A stretch of DNA of 64,000 nucleotides, taken from the human T2T-CHM13v2.0 reference genome, Homo sapiens. Made by a program: the position numbers and the translations under genes. Location: assembly GCF_009914755.1 (NCBI RefSeq), contig NC_060928.1. The stretch is one strand, 5' to 3'. Positions within the stretch are counted from its first letter, which is position 1; each line of letters starts with the position of its first letter. This document shows positions 1 to 12,692 of this stretch, one piece after another. The notes under the pieces are model-generated. The model was given only the letters and a program-made list of their open reading frames with translations. It did not search any database and had not been told where the DNA came from.

Positions 1-283
1 ATTGCCTTCGCTATTCACGCTCTTGTTTTGGTTCCATATGAATTTTAAAATAGTTTTTTCTAGTTCTGTGACAAATGTCAATGGTAGTTTAATAGGAATA
101 CCACTGAATCTGTAAAATACTTTGGGCAGTACAGCCATTTTAACGATATTGTTCCTTCCTATCCATGAGCATGAAATGTTTTTCCATTTGTCATCTCTGA
201 TTTCTTTGAGCAGTGTTTTGTAGTTCTCCTTGTAGAGATTTTTCACCTTCCCGGTTAGCTGTATTCATAGGTATTTTGCATGT

Positions 284-324
<41 letters not shown>

Positions 325-996
325 TGTGTTGCAGTTGTGAATGGGATTGCATTCCTGATTTGGTTCTTGGCTTGCCTATTGTTGTAGAAGAATGCTAGTC
401 ATTTTTGCACATTGATTTTGTATCCTGAGATTTTGCTGAAGTTGTTTATCAGCTTAAGAAGCTTTTGTGCTGAGAAATGGGTTTTTCTAGACACGGACTA
501 TGTTGTTTGCAAACAGAGAAAGTTTGACTTCCTCTCTTCCTATCTGAATGCCCTTTATTTCCTTCCCTTGCCTGATTGCCCTGGCCAGGACATCCAATAC
601 TATGTTGAAGAAGAGCAGAGAAAAAGGGCATCCTTGTCTTGTGCCGGTTTTCAAGAGGAACGCTTCCAACTTTTGCCCATTCACTATGATGTTTGCTCTG
701 GGTTTGTCATTAACAGTTCTTATTATTGTGAGGTATGTTTCTTCAATACTGAGTTTACTGAGAGTTTTTAACATGAAGGGCTGTTGAATTTTATCAAAAG
801 ACTTTTCTGCATCTATTGAGATAATCACGTGATCTTTGTCTTTAGTTCTATTTATGCGATGAATCACATGTATTGATTTGCATAAACTGAACCAACCTTG
901 CATCCCAGGGATAAAGCCTACTTAGTTATGGTGGGTAACCTTTTCGATATGCTACCAGATTCAGTTTCCCAGTACTCTGCTGAGGACTTTTGCATC
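1..996 (-). mobile_element. L1 (older L1PA/L1P) ORF2 reverse-transcriptase region, continuing off the left edge
   Basis: Minus ORF 487..903 (…[18 protein letters not shown]…[17 protein letters not shown]…KLSLFANN) is a decayed L1 ORF2 RT segment (canonical GTRQGCPLSP, LFADD). Confidence 0.95.
280..330. repeat. (TG)n microsatellite inside L1
   Basis: Directly visible TG dinucleotide run. Confidence 0.95.
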
Positions 997-1638
997 ACAA
1001 CTAAAAGAACTAGAGAAAGAAGAGCAAAAAAATCCCAAAACTAGCAGAAGATAAGAAATAACCAAAATCAAACCTGAACTGAAGGAGATTGAGACACCAA
1101 AAACCATTCAAAAGATCAACTAATCCAGGAGCTGTTTTTTTGAAAACATTAATAAAATAGATAGACCCCTAGCTAGACTAATAAAGAAAAGAGAGAAGAT
1201 TCAAATAAACAGAATCAGAAATGACAAGGAGATATTATCGCTGACCCCACAAAAATACAAACAACCATCAGATAATATTATGAACACCTCTATGCACATC
1301 GACTAATCTAGAAAAAAATCTAGAAAAAAATGAATAAATTCCTGGACACAAACACCCTCTCAAGACTGAACCAGGAAGAAACTGAATCCCTGAACACAGC
1401 AATAATGAACTCTGAAATTGAGTCAGTAATAAATAGCCTACCAACCAAGAGCTGCCCAGGATCAGACAGATTCACAGCCACATTCATACGGATGAATGTA
1501 CGAAGAAGAGCTGGTAACATTCCTGCTGAAACAATTCCAAAAAATTGAGGAGAGACTCCTCCGTAACTCATTCTATGAAGCCAAACTCATCCTGATACCA
1601 AAATTTGGCAGAGCCACGACTAAAAGAGAAAACTTCAG
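993..1638 (+). mobile_element. Inverted 5' segment of the same L1 (ORF2 region just upstream of RT)
   Basis: Plus ORF 1330..1548 ([22 protein letters not shown]…[13 protein letters not shown]) is L1 ORF2. The segment ends at …GAAAACTTCAG, just upstream in the L1 sequence of where the minus piece starts. Confidence 0.92.
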
Positions 1639-2199
1639 ATAATTTTAAATAGGTATGCATAATAAAAATCAATATAAATACAGGTATGCAACTCTAAAAG
1701 TTTTATATCTACAGATACATAAAACTAAAATAAAATACATTACTGAATAATGAAAATCTACATTATAAAAGGAAAACAGTCTCTAATGCATAATTCAGTG
1801 TTCAATTATAGCTGAGGAACTATGGAACAATGAAGATAATCATAAATGTTTATAACTCTAAGGAAACACAACTTAGGTTGAGTAGAAATTCATTCAAAGA
1901 AGGAAGCAGAAAATATGAAGAGAATGCTGGCTAATATTTAATTGAAGTTAGTAATATAAAAATATAGCAGATATACACAATTGATAAATTTTTAGAAACA
2001 AGAAGTTTAATTGGAAAAGAATGTGTTTGCCCATTTAAAATATGTCCATCTGCTAGTTGCCACAATGGGGTGGTATTATAAATGGCAGAAAGAGACCAAC
2101 ATGTACAGTTCATGGCAAATGATATCACAATTTACAGAGTTTTACAAATTACAAGAGAAAACATGAGAGAAGAATGACTTCCCAAGTCCCTACACATTT

Positions 2200-2867
2200 A
2201 TATATTTTTTTTATTATACTTTAAGTTTTAGGGTACATGTGCACAATGTGCAGGTTAGTTACATATGTATACATGTGCCATGCTGGTGCGCTGCACCCAC
2301 TAACTCGTCATCTAGCATTAGGTATATCTCCCAATGCCATCCCTCCCGCCTCCCCCGACCCCACAACAGTCCCCAGAGTGTGATGTTCCCCTTCCTGTGT
2401 CCATGTGTTCTCATTGTTCAATTCCCACCTATGAGTGAGAATATGCGGTGTTTGGTTTTTTGTTCTTGCGATAGTTTGCTGAGAATGATGATTTCCAATT
2501 TCATCCATGTCCCTACAAAGGACATGAACACATCATTTTTTTATGGCTGCATAGTATTCTATGGTGTATATGTGCCACATTTTCTTAATCCAGTCTATCA
2601 TTGTTGGACATTTGGGTTGGTTCCAAGTCTTTGCTATTGTGAATAATGCCGCAATAAACATACGTGTGCATGTGTCTTTATAGCAGCATGATTTATAGTC
2701 TTTTGGGTATATACCCAGTAATGGGATGGCTGGGTCAAATGGTATTTCTAGTTCTAGATCCCTGAGGAATGGCCACACTGACTTCCACAATGGTTGAACT
2801 AGTTTACAGTCCCACCAACAGTGTAAAAGTGTTCCTATTTCTCCACATCCTCTCCAGCACCTGTTGT
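2200..2867 (-). mobile_element. 5'-truncated L1PA3-like element (ORF2 C-terminus + 3'UTR) with 14-bp TSD
   Basis: Minus ORF 2533..2790 (…EIPFDPAIPLLGIYPKDYKSCCYKDTCTRMFIAALFTIAKTWNQPKCP…). GAG-type 3'UTR (plus ACTAACTCGTCATC). TSD GTCCCTACACATTT at 2186-2199 and 2868-2881. Confidence 0.95.
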
Positions 2868-3559
2868 GTCCCTACACATTTCTACGAGCCTACATATCCC
2901 TTAGTGATCTGGGGCCTACTGAGCAAATAACCAAAGGAAAATAGCCATTGCACATTTCTGGCATTTACAGTGATGTTGTGTAAAGAGAATGTCAGTTTTC
3001 CGGGTAAATTACTCAGCAAGTCCAGGAGTCAGGTTAGTCTAGTCTACATCTGTATTTGAATGTTTTTAGTTTTAACACCTCCCTCCCACTTTTTTTCCCC
3101 ATAACAACTTAACAGGTAAAATATTTTGTCCTGTCTTCCAGGAACAAAATAGCTATTTGATACACTCAATGAAAGGAAGATGTTTTATTGATTAAAACAA
3201 ATGAAAGAATTTCACTTTTTTAAAGTTTTCTTGTTTTCACTACCTTTGATTTAGAATGTCATATAAATCTATTGACATATAAAACAATATGTTTATTCAT
3301 GCCATTTCCATCAAGTTTAAAGTTCCTCATTTTCCTTTTCACTTTTATTCCTCTCATGGTTACCATTTTAGAAATGTCTCCAAAGTTTTCAGGCTCAGTA
3401 TAATTTTGTTAGTATCATTTAGTTACTAACAGGTTGCATATAAATGTGATCCCAGACTTCCTGCAGAGCTCCGGATTTTGCTAAGTAAAATAGTTAGTTT
3501 AGGTCGTTTAAGGAAGTAAGAAATGGTTATCGAGTCTTTAGAAGAGCTCTTAAAATCTA

Positions 3560-3997
3560 AAATGAGTTATCACGCATAACTCATAAAGTCAAACTTTGCA
3601 GCCAAGAAAACAACCACCTGTGATGGCTACAGAATTAAGAAACTGCTGGCTTCAGAACCACACTTTTTCTGCCCTGACCCACAGGCCACTTGATCAGATA
3701 GCTGCCTGTTAAATTTGGAAGTGGCTCTACACTTGTCTCCTCCAGGACAATGACACTATGCTTCACAGCAGCAAAATAGATCCCCATTTTTGAGCGTCTC
3801 TGGCATGACTCAGTTCCAAATCCAAGTCCATATCAGAGTAGTAGAATCTAAGTCATAGCTAGACTCCTAGCTCTAAGTGGGTTTACAAAATGCAACTTTA
3901 AGCTTTTCCAGTCTCTGCAGGAAAGGTATTTTGGAACATGGGTTGAAGGAGTTTGCAATGCCTATTGAAAAACCCAACCAACAGCAATGGCCTCACA
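3560..3997 (-). mobile_element. Old MaLR (MLT1-type) LTR remnant
   Basis: Resemblance by eye to degraded MLT1 LTR; boundaries approximate. Confidence 0.4.
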
Positions 3998-5433
3998 TGC
4001 AAATGACAGACAGAACCTCAGATTACAAAATAAAAATGAAGGTGAGACTACTGACATATATTACTTATAAATAAAGATATCATTTTTAATCCTTTAAAAG
4101 TAGTTTAGTGTTAAACATTCTAACTTAAAAGCTTTTGCATAAAACAGTATGTATGAGGTTGTAGATGATGAGTGGATCTCAGAGACAGGAACATAGTCTG
4201 GGCTTTTGCTGACTAGTATGTTGGAGAATCATTCCAAACTATTCAAAGTTAGGCCTGCCTTTAATATGGATTATATGGCCAATGAAGAGGAAACCTTATT
4301 CTATCCATCAGTTTTCCTGCCACTTTCACAATGGTAGAATAAAATGCATATTGTCCCAGGAGTCAGAAAAACATAGGTTCTTAAAAAAGTTTTCCCTCTA
4401 ACAATTATCTTGGCAAGTTTCTGCCTTTGTAAAATAGAAATAGCAGTACAAGCTACAATAAAAACCCTCCAATTATTTACTATTTTAATGAAGTATTAAA
4501 GTTTATGAATGTTGTCTAAAAGTATAACCAAATTATTGCCAATAACTAAATAGGATAAATGTAAAAAGTTTACATTTACATATAAGTATATGTAATATAT
4601 TTATAACAAATTATATTGACATATACCATATATTTATACTTTATTAGATATCTTTAAAAACTGTGGTGATTATTGAATATTCTAGCAAAAAACCCACAAT
4701 GTATTATAGCATTATAGCATATATTTCAGTAAAATACATGCCAACAATAACACAAGAGTTGTGGGTTGAGTGGTAAATGGAATTGTATAAGGTTTTTACA
4801 CTGTACTGTAGAGCAGTCATTACAAATTAATACAAAGAGCCATAGTCACAAACACCAATGCAGAAGATAAAATTGAATATTATTAATATTTTAAATTTTA
4901 CCAGAATAAGGCAGAAATTGAATAACAGATAAAAAAAAAGGTCCAATTATAAAAAAAAAATACCTTCATGGGGGACTGAATCTCAATCATATTACAAATT
5001 ACGTTAAAGAGAAATAGACTAAACACTTCATTTTCAAGCAGAAGATTGTCAAACTTCATGAAATGAAAAAAAGGTAAGATTCAGATATATGGTATTTGCA
5101 AGAATCACGTCTGTGACTTAAAAAAATGATTCTTGCAAATTTTGTAAACTAACAAGCCTATTGTAAAATTTTTTTGGGGGAAAGCAAAAGGATATTGAAC
5201 AGCTTGAATGGCCAAAACAACCTTGAAAACAAAAAGGGAGATCAAATTTAAAGGACTCATAATACCTAATTTCAAGACTTACTACCAAATTAGGTAATAA
5301 AGATAGTATTTTATTGGTATAAACATGGACAAATAGATAATAAAAAGGAATAGGGAGTCCAGAAATAGACTCTGGACAACTGATCTAAGTTAATTTATTA
5401 GGTAAAGGAATCTTTTTAATATGTTCTTAGAAC

Positions 5434-5610
5434 AACAGGACAGAAATTTTAAATTTTAAAGACTTCTAATTTACCTTTTTTTTCCTTCAGAACTTATGTT
5501 TTGTTGTTATGAACAAAGATTTCTAGGACAGAACAACAACAAAACATAAGTTCTGAAGGAAAAAAAATGGTAAATTAGAAGTCTTTAAAATTTAAAATTT
5601 CTGTCCTGTT
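5434..5610. repeat. Near-perfect inverted repeat, 75/76-bp arms, 26-bp spacer
   Basis: 5434-5508 is the reverse complement of 5535-5610 except for one 1-bp indel. Confidence 0.95.
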
Positions 5611-6155
5611 CATCAAAATGCCAATAAGAAAATTATATGAAAGACACAGACTGTGAAAAATATTTGCAGCACACATGTCTGACAAAAGCATTTGCTTCCA
5701 GAATATAGAAAAATGTTTATAAATCAATAAATTTACAAATGAACAATGTGGCAAAAAATGAGCACAAGATTTGAACAGATACTTTACAAAGGAAGATCTA
5801 TGAATGGACAATAAACACATAAAAATATGTTTAATGTCATTTGTTAGAGAAATGCAAATTATAACTACAATGACATACAGTTTCACATCAACTAGAATGA
5901 CTAAATCAAAATGACTAACAAAAGCAACTACTGGTTAGGATTTGCAGCAAGCAGTTATTTCATACATTATTGAAATAATGGGAGTATAAAATGATTCAAC
6001 ATTTTTGGAGAAATGTTTGTTATTTATTTATGATATTCACCATACATCTATGCCATGACCCAGGCATCCAAAAGGAAAAAATACACAAATACACACAGAA
6101 ATTGGAATTTTATTCAATAATTTAAAAAATGAACTACTGATAGGCACAATGATTT

Positions 6156-6342
6156 TCTGGGCCTGTTGTGGGGTGCGGGGAGTGGGGAGGGATAGCATTA
6201 GGAGATATACCTAATGTAAATGACGAGTTAATGGGTGCAGCACACCAATATGGCACATGTATACATATGTAACAAACCTGCACATTGTGCACAGGTACCC
6301 TAGAACTTAAAGTATAATAAAAAAATACATGTATAAAAAAAA
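6156..6342 (+). mobile_element. Short L1PA (PA4/5-like) 3' end
   Basis: gggatagcattaggagatatacctaatgtaaatgacgagttaatgggtgcagcacacc…tagaacttaaagtataataaaaaaa. Confidence 0.9.
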
Positions 6343-8106
6343 GTCAAATGTCTCTAAGTAAATCTAAAATTCAGTATAACCATCCAAATACCAACAAGAC
6401 TTTATGTGATATTTTGTAATACAGTGTAAATAAAACATTTCTACATGAAAAAAAAGAAAAAGCAAGACACAAAAGAGTGCATACTAAATGATTCGTTTCT
6501 GCAAAATATAAAAACAGACAAAATTATTCTAAACTGATGGCAATTTGATAATAGTTGATGGAGCACTGGAGAACAGAACTGACTGGAAGGGAACATAGGG
6601 GACTTTCCCAGGAGATGGAAAGTTAATCTTGTTGTAAGTTGCGTTTACAGGTCATATGTCATTGTCAAAGCTCTTTGTTCTGACCAGTTAGATCTGCGCA
6701 TTATTTATGTTAAATATATCTCAATGAAAATAACAAGAGAATTTTAAATATTTTGTGTGAAGTTTAAATACAGCAACTTAGCCTGGGTGGCATTAGACCA
6801 GCTAAACAAAATAAACTTGCACGTTTTTATTACTTGGCTTTTTCATTATAATTTTATCATACATTACCTTTAGATATGCCCCCAAATAGCTACAGAAGCT
6901 TTTCGATAAAAAGGCATGACAGATATGAAGGAGACTTAGAGAGCATCTTGAAAAAGAAGCAGTATATCACAATAATGGAAAGAACTGATCATGCCTTTCA
7001 GAAATAAAAAGAAAACAGCCTTTCATGAAAAAAGATATTTTTATAAAAATAATCTTATCTCTCAAGCATTAGCTTATCTTGAGATATTTAAAACAAGCAC
7101 AGGAAAGGCATGTTTATATTTCTATATAAGAATAACCAAATAGCTCACTTTTGGTCTGAGAATTGGTATTCTAAGATATATTACCATATATCATGTTTTG
7201 GTTGATTTATAAGAAGGCCTTGAGCTTAGAGGTTTACCAAAAACATGCCCACACAGTCTTAGTTCTGGCAATCAGATTGCTTGCACTATAATTAGATAAG
7301 AATTTAATAATATTAAATAAAGTTGAGTAGAAAAACACCACAGATAAATTAGACAAATAGGATTTATAATATTTCACTTATAATATAAAAGCTACAACAT
7401 TATTTAGTAATATGCTTGAGTTTTCAGAGTCAGAATAACCAGAATAGACCTGTTATCTAACTGGGACAAGAATTTGAAAATGAAAACCTGCAAAATTTTG
7501 GAAATAATCGTTGTTTTGCAACAGGACCCAGATTTTTAAACGAGTTCGCTTTTGTACCCATCTTCACATGCCACACTGGAACTGTACAGAGGAACGTGAA
7601 GCTTGTTAAAAATAAAAGACCAATGAGCCACTCTCCAGGGGGATAAAAATAGAAGGAGACTAACAAACATAATCTGCAAGAAAATTAGTTCAGCAGCAGG
7701 TAGCAGAAAAAAAAAGTATTAATTGTCAAATATGCAGAAAAGTAATAGGAACTGAAGAGGGAGCAGTTTTATGGAAAAATAGCTGGGCTCACTAACATGA
7801 AGAGAGTACATATCAAATGAAACGGGAATTATACAAGGTTGATTTTTTTTTACCTTCTAATCAAATAAGTGTCTTTCAGAAAATATGACTGATGAATCAT
7901 GAATCAATTCTAATGTGCAAGTAATTCTTCTTGGCATTAATTAAAGAGAAATTGCCCTTTACTTAAAAAAAAATGCGCAGAATGTCAGAATGGAACTAGC
8001 AGGCACTAATATGTCATAAATTGTAAGAAAAATAATAAGAAATGTTTTTATGTAGATAGAGGGAAAGGATTTAAACTAGTCTTTTTTTTATCAACTTTCA
8101 CACTTG

Positions 8107-8128
<22 letters not shown>

Positions 8129-8139
<11 letters not shown>

Positions 8140-8471
8140 TTCTTTCTTTTTTTTTATTATACTTTAAGTTTTAGGGTACATGTGCACATTGTGCAGGTTA
8201 GTTACATATGTATACATGTGCCATGCTGGTGCACTGCACCCACTAACTCGTCATCTAGCATTAGGTATATCTCCCAATGCTATCCCTCCCCGCTCCCCCG
8301 ACCCCACCACAGTCCCCAGAGTGTGATATTCCCCTTCATGTGTCCATGTGATCTCATTGTTCAATTCCCACCTATGAGTGAGAATATGCGGTGTTTGGTT
8401 TTTTGTTCTTGCGATAGTTTACTGAGAATGATGATTTCCAATTCCATCCATGTCCCTGCAAAGGACATGAA
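8129..8471 (-). mobile_element. 5'-truncated L1PA2-like 3'UTR fragment
   Basis: Near-identical to the young L1 3'UTR with GAG diagnostic (plus ACTAACTCGTCATC, not the Ta ACA). Probable TSD TTTTGTTTGTTTGTTTT at 8112-8128 and 8477-8493. Confidence 0.93.
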
Positions 8472-9149
8472 GTGACTTTTGTTTGTTTGTTTTTACTTTA
8501 AGGCTCTTTTACAGTTCCCTAGAGCAGTTGTATTTCTTTCACCTTGGTAGAGGACGAGTGTATGTTCTGGTTTTATAGCTGACTTACAGGAAAGACTTTC
8601 CTTTTATTAACCTTATTTTCAAACCCAAAGGCATTTTGGAAGTAGTATAATTGTGTAGAAATGAATTATCTCCTTTGTGGTGCTTTAAGCATCTTGATTA
8701 TCATCCTCCAAATTACTTTTGTGATCTCAAAAAAGGAAAGAGATAGCTGAAAGTCAGATATGTTCATTTTTTGTTGATTTTTCTGTTTTGTGCAATTATA
8801 CAAATATGCTCAAACTTCATTTAATTTTAAACTGTTTAAATGGTATCGAAATATATAATATAAAATCCATAAGTTTAGCAAATATTTTCCATTAAAATAA
8901 ACTAATGTTCCACAAAGACACTTAATTTTCTTGGTCTATCAATATCTATGCCTCTAGAAAATCAGTAATTTATTGCTCTAGTCCAGTAGAAAGCTGGCAA
9001 CATTGTTGTTTACTCACTAAAAATTTAACAAAGAAAAAAATCATATTAATTTTTCTCTGAAAATTTTTAGCAATAAACCCACTGTTTATTTCTGTGAAGA
9101 TCTAGTTCACAGCAAATATTTATTGTGCTTCAGGTTTATTAATGTAACA

Positions 9150-9492
9150 TCTTTCTTTCTTTCTCCTTCCTTCCTTCCTTCCGTCTTTCTGTCTTTCTTT
9201 CTTTCTTTGTTTCTTTTGAAAGAGTCTCACTCTGTTGCCCAGGCTGGAGTGTAGTGGCTCACTGCAACCTTTGCCTTTGCCTCCTGGGTTCGAGTGATCC
9301 TCCTGCCTCAGCCTCCCAAGTAGCTGGGACTACAGGCATGTGTTGCCACGCCCAGCTAATTTTTGTACTTTTAGTAGAGACAGGGCTTCACCATGTTCGC
9401 CAGGCTGGCCTTGAACTCCTGACCTCAAGTGATCCGCCCGCCTCAGCCTCCCAAAGTGCTGGGAGTACAGGCGTGAGCCACCGCGCCTGGCC
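9150..9492 (-). mobile_element. AluS (Sx/Sz-like) with CTTT/CCTT-degenerate tail
   Basis: Dimeric Alu sequence; TSD TAATGTAACA at 9140-9149 and 9493-9502. Confidence 0.95.
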
Positions 9493-10323
9493 TAATGTAA
9501 CAGGTTTCTTAACTGACTAGTGTATAACAAAAATTTTTGAAGGACCAAAGTCTATGCCATGCAGCGGCTCACAGATTAGGCAGAGGGGACATGAGGAGAG
9601 GCGTAAATCCAACATTAGAGCGACAAAAAAATGATGAAATCAAAATATAGAAACAAGGGAGAGTATTCTGACATACTAGACAATGCCAGTAATGTTGTTC
9701 TTTGTTTTTCCATTTTTTGTTTTTGTTTTTGTTTTTGTTTTCTCTTTTATTTTTCCCCAGAGGAAAAAGCAGTTTACTGAGAAGCTTGGAAAGAGGAAAG
9801 GAGGTGGGACAGAGGACATTTCCAGTAGAGGAAACAGAATGTGTAAAAACATGATAAACATGAAAGAGACTGACACGGGGCACATATTGGTGACTAATGA
9901 CTCAGATAGGCTGCACCAGGGGTCCCAGCTCAGTGGCGAAGGACGAATCTTCCCTGATAGAGAGAGAACAATAAAATCTCATAGACTGCATTTAAGGCAC
10001 TACAGTTTATCTTGAAACACATAGGAGGGACCATTTTTCAGAGGCCATTTAGGGGAGAATCAGGCAGTAAACTCTGTAAGAAAGGATAGTTGCAAGTAGT
10101 AGAGTGGTCAGCAGAATTAAATCTTACCAAGGCATCAGGTAAAAATTGAAACAAGGTTTTTTAATTGTTGTTGGCAATTAGGTAACTGGTGGGTTTTTCT
10201 TTCAAAAGTAGAAAGTGAACTCGATATAGGTTGGCGGCTTCTACTCTGATTCAACTCTAGAAATATCAGAGGAACAAAAGTGGGCATACTTAATCATAGA
10301 ACTGTCTCTCTGTCTCTCTCTGA

Positions 10324-10352
10324 CACACATACACACACACACACACACACAC
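10324..10352. repeat. (CA)n microsatellite
   Basis: Directly visible. Confidence 0.9.
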
Positions 10353-10974
10353 TAAACTGTGGCAAACTGTTGGGGAGGCAGAGGTGGTGGTATATCTGTT
10401 GTGTATGGGGTGGGAGGCACAGAAGCAGAAGGTCAGGCACTTTGGAAGGCGGGTAAATGGGGCAGGGTTTCTAGAGAGCCACTTGGCTCATGACAGATCA
10501 TTGTCTATTCTGAGCCAACAGAATTTAGAACTAAGTAGTACCTGAACTTTCCTTCTCACCCCTGTCATTCCCCCAAAGATTAGATAATTTCAAAGACACA
10601 AAGATAAGTGAGTGAGGTAGGGTGTCAACCCAGTCTGTGTTCCTCTGTGTGTGTGTGGCGGTTGGAGAGTTGGGGAGAAGACAAACAATAAAGAAGCATA
10701 GGGCAAAATTATAACAAGAGAAGCTCTCTAACCTGAGGTGCATCTATCAGAGCCCTGTCGTCCCTCCTTAAGGTCATCTGGAAACTCAAAAGCTAGGGTT
10801 CAGCCTTTTAAACTTCACCACTTTACACAATTATGAATATAAAAATTGATAGCCTCTCTTCATAGGCTTTTCTAGACCATCCAAACATTCTAAACTGCAT
10901 ACTCACCTCAGTCTCTGTCTGGCCACCTTGCATTATTTACTGCCTAACCCCTTCAGCATCAGAAAATTACTACA

Positions 10975-11155
10975 TCTTTACAAAAATAAAAAATAAATAT
11001 AAATACATAACATATAAATAAAATTTAAAAAATAAAATAAAAGACTGGGTCTTGCGATGTTGCCCAGGTTAGTCTGAAACTCCTAGGCTCTAAAAAAACT
11101 CCCACCATGGCCTCCCAAAGTGCTGGGATTATAGGCACGAGCCACCATGCCTAGC
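10975..11155 (-). mobile_element. FLAM / Alu left monomer with apparently inverted tail
   Basis: gggtcttgcgatgttgcccagg…cctcccaaagtgctgggattataggcacgagccaccatgcc; the adjacent tail is A-rich where T-rich is expected. Confidence 0.85.
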
Positions 11156-12692
11156 ATCATTTTAACTATTTTAAATGAATGTATAAGTTAATAGAAGGCA
11201 AAGCCTTTGGAAAATGTTGGAGAATGACCCGGGATGTTAATAGATAATAACAGTGGGAAAGGCTAGAAGGTGTTTTAGCTGGTTATCATTCATTAAAGGA
11301 GTAGAGAATTTTACAGAGGGCTAGAAAAGCTGTATTTTAGAGTGGGCTATCTTGACTTTACTAAAACTATTCATTGCTGATTCCAGCCCCAAGGTACATG
11401 AGAATTAGTGATAAGGCAAATAGGTAAAATAATTTTTTGAAGAGGTTAAGAGGATGATAATATTTCTTGGAAATACAAGTTAATGAGGACAAAGTGTTAA
11501 GGGTAAGTGGGGAGTTAGTGCTAGGAGGATGTCGGGTAGGAAGGTTTGGAAACGTAAATGAAGGTACTGCAAAGGTGTGAAGGAACTTGCATGTGGGTTA
11601 TAGCTTAAGGATGACAAGAATCATTCATTCAATGTAAAAGAAACATTTACGGGTCACCTAGGAACTAAAAGCAAAATAGTGATATATTTTCAAATTTTAG
11701 GGGTCTGGCAAGCCAGTGGCAGTGGGAAATTATTCCAAGCATCACATTAACAAATGCATATATACAAACTGAGATAAGTATCTGACCAAATGAAGAGAAG
11801 AAAACATAAAAATGCAAAATAAATTATGCTATAACAGCATAATGAGGAAGAGATTTTGACCTCAGACCTCAGAGTAAGAAGGAGTTACCTACAGGGAGAA
11901 AGGAGGCAACAGATAAAACAACATGCACACCATGGTGTTGCAGGGAAAATGGCCCATTCCAGAAGTTCACAGAGGGACAATACGACTGGCGGCCAGAAGA
12001 CCAGGAGGTGGAGTCATAGAAGAAAAAAGCCTAGACAGAAAGCAAGGATCGGGCCATAGAGAGATATTTTGTTTTGTTTTTAACTATATTTAAAGTTGTG
12101 GAGGATTTCAGTTTTTGTTTGTTTGCTTGTTTTTATTTTTAACTTTTTTGCTCTGCAATGAGAATGATTAAAGAGTCAGATAAAAAGGGCCAAGTTGTGT
12201 ATTTTGAAAATGCACCTTGGCTGAGATATATACAGGAATGGAAAGGTGGGCATGATGGATGAGGGAGGCCTGTCAGGATGCTAACATAGAGAGAGAGAGA
12301 GTTGGCTCGGACTAGGGTGCATTCCATAGAAATATACAAGTTTGCAGACTCAAAAAGATATTTAGGAGGGAGAATCCACAGGATTCAGTGACAGATTTGT
12401 CACAGGACAGGTGTGAGAAGGTGGGAGAAAGTCAAGGACCTGGTGTGGGCAGGAAGATTATGGGTTCAGTCACAGACCTGCTGAGTTTGACAAACCTTTG
12501 AAGCATCCATGGGGAGACTGCATGTTTCACTGAAGTCTTAGGTAGGGAGAATACAGAGGAAGAAAATATAGAGAGCTTAGAATAAACCTTTGAGAAATTC
12601 CAACATTTGCATTAATCAGTGAAAGGTACAAAGCAGCCAGAAAGACGGGAAAAAAACTAGACTGTGTGATATCTAAAGCCAAGGGAAGAGAC

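Larger units (their letters stand above)
4640..6730 (+). mobile_element. Ancient L1M (L1ME-like) ORF2 end and 3'UTR, interrupted by an inverted repeat and an L1PA insertion
   Basis: Degenerate L1 motifs: gagtccagaaatagac, gactgtgaaaaatatttgca, agaaatgcaaattataactacaatg, agacacaaaagagtgcatact. Confidence 0.8.

Noticed and set aside
213-2790. ORFs with reverse-transcriptase similarity and their antisense ORFs
   Set aside because: Fragments of truncated, frameshifted L1 ORF2 and 3'UTR; not a novel RT system and not retrotransposition-competent.
8129-8471. Possible human-specific polymorphic L1-Ta insertion
   Set aside because: The 3'UTR carries the GAG diagnostic rather than ACA/ACG, so it is L1PA2-like or older.
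9254-9520. Alu-derived ORFs (also 49978..50212, 61698..61892, 62787..63145)
   Set aside because: Typical Alu translation artefacts.
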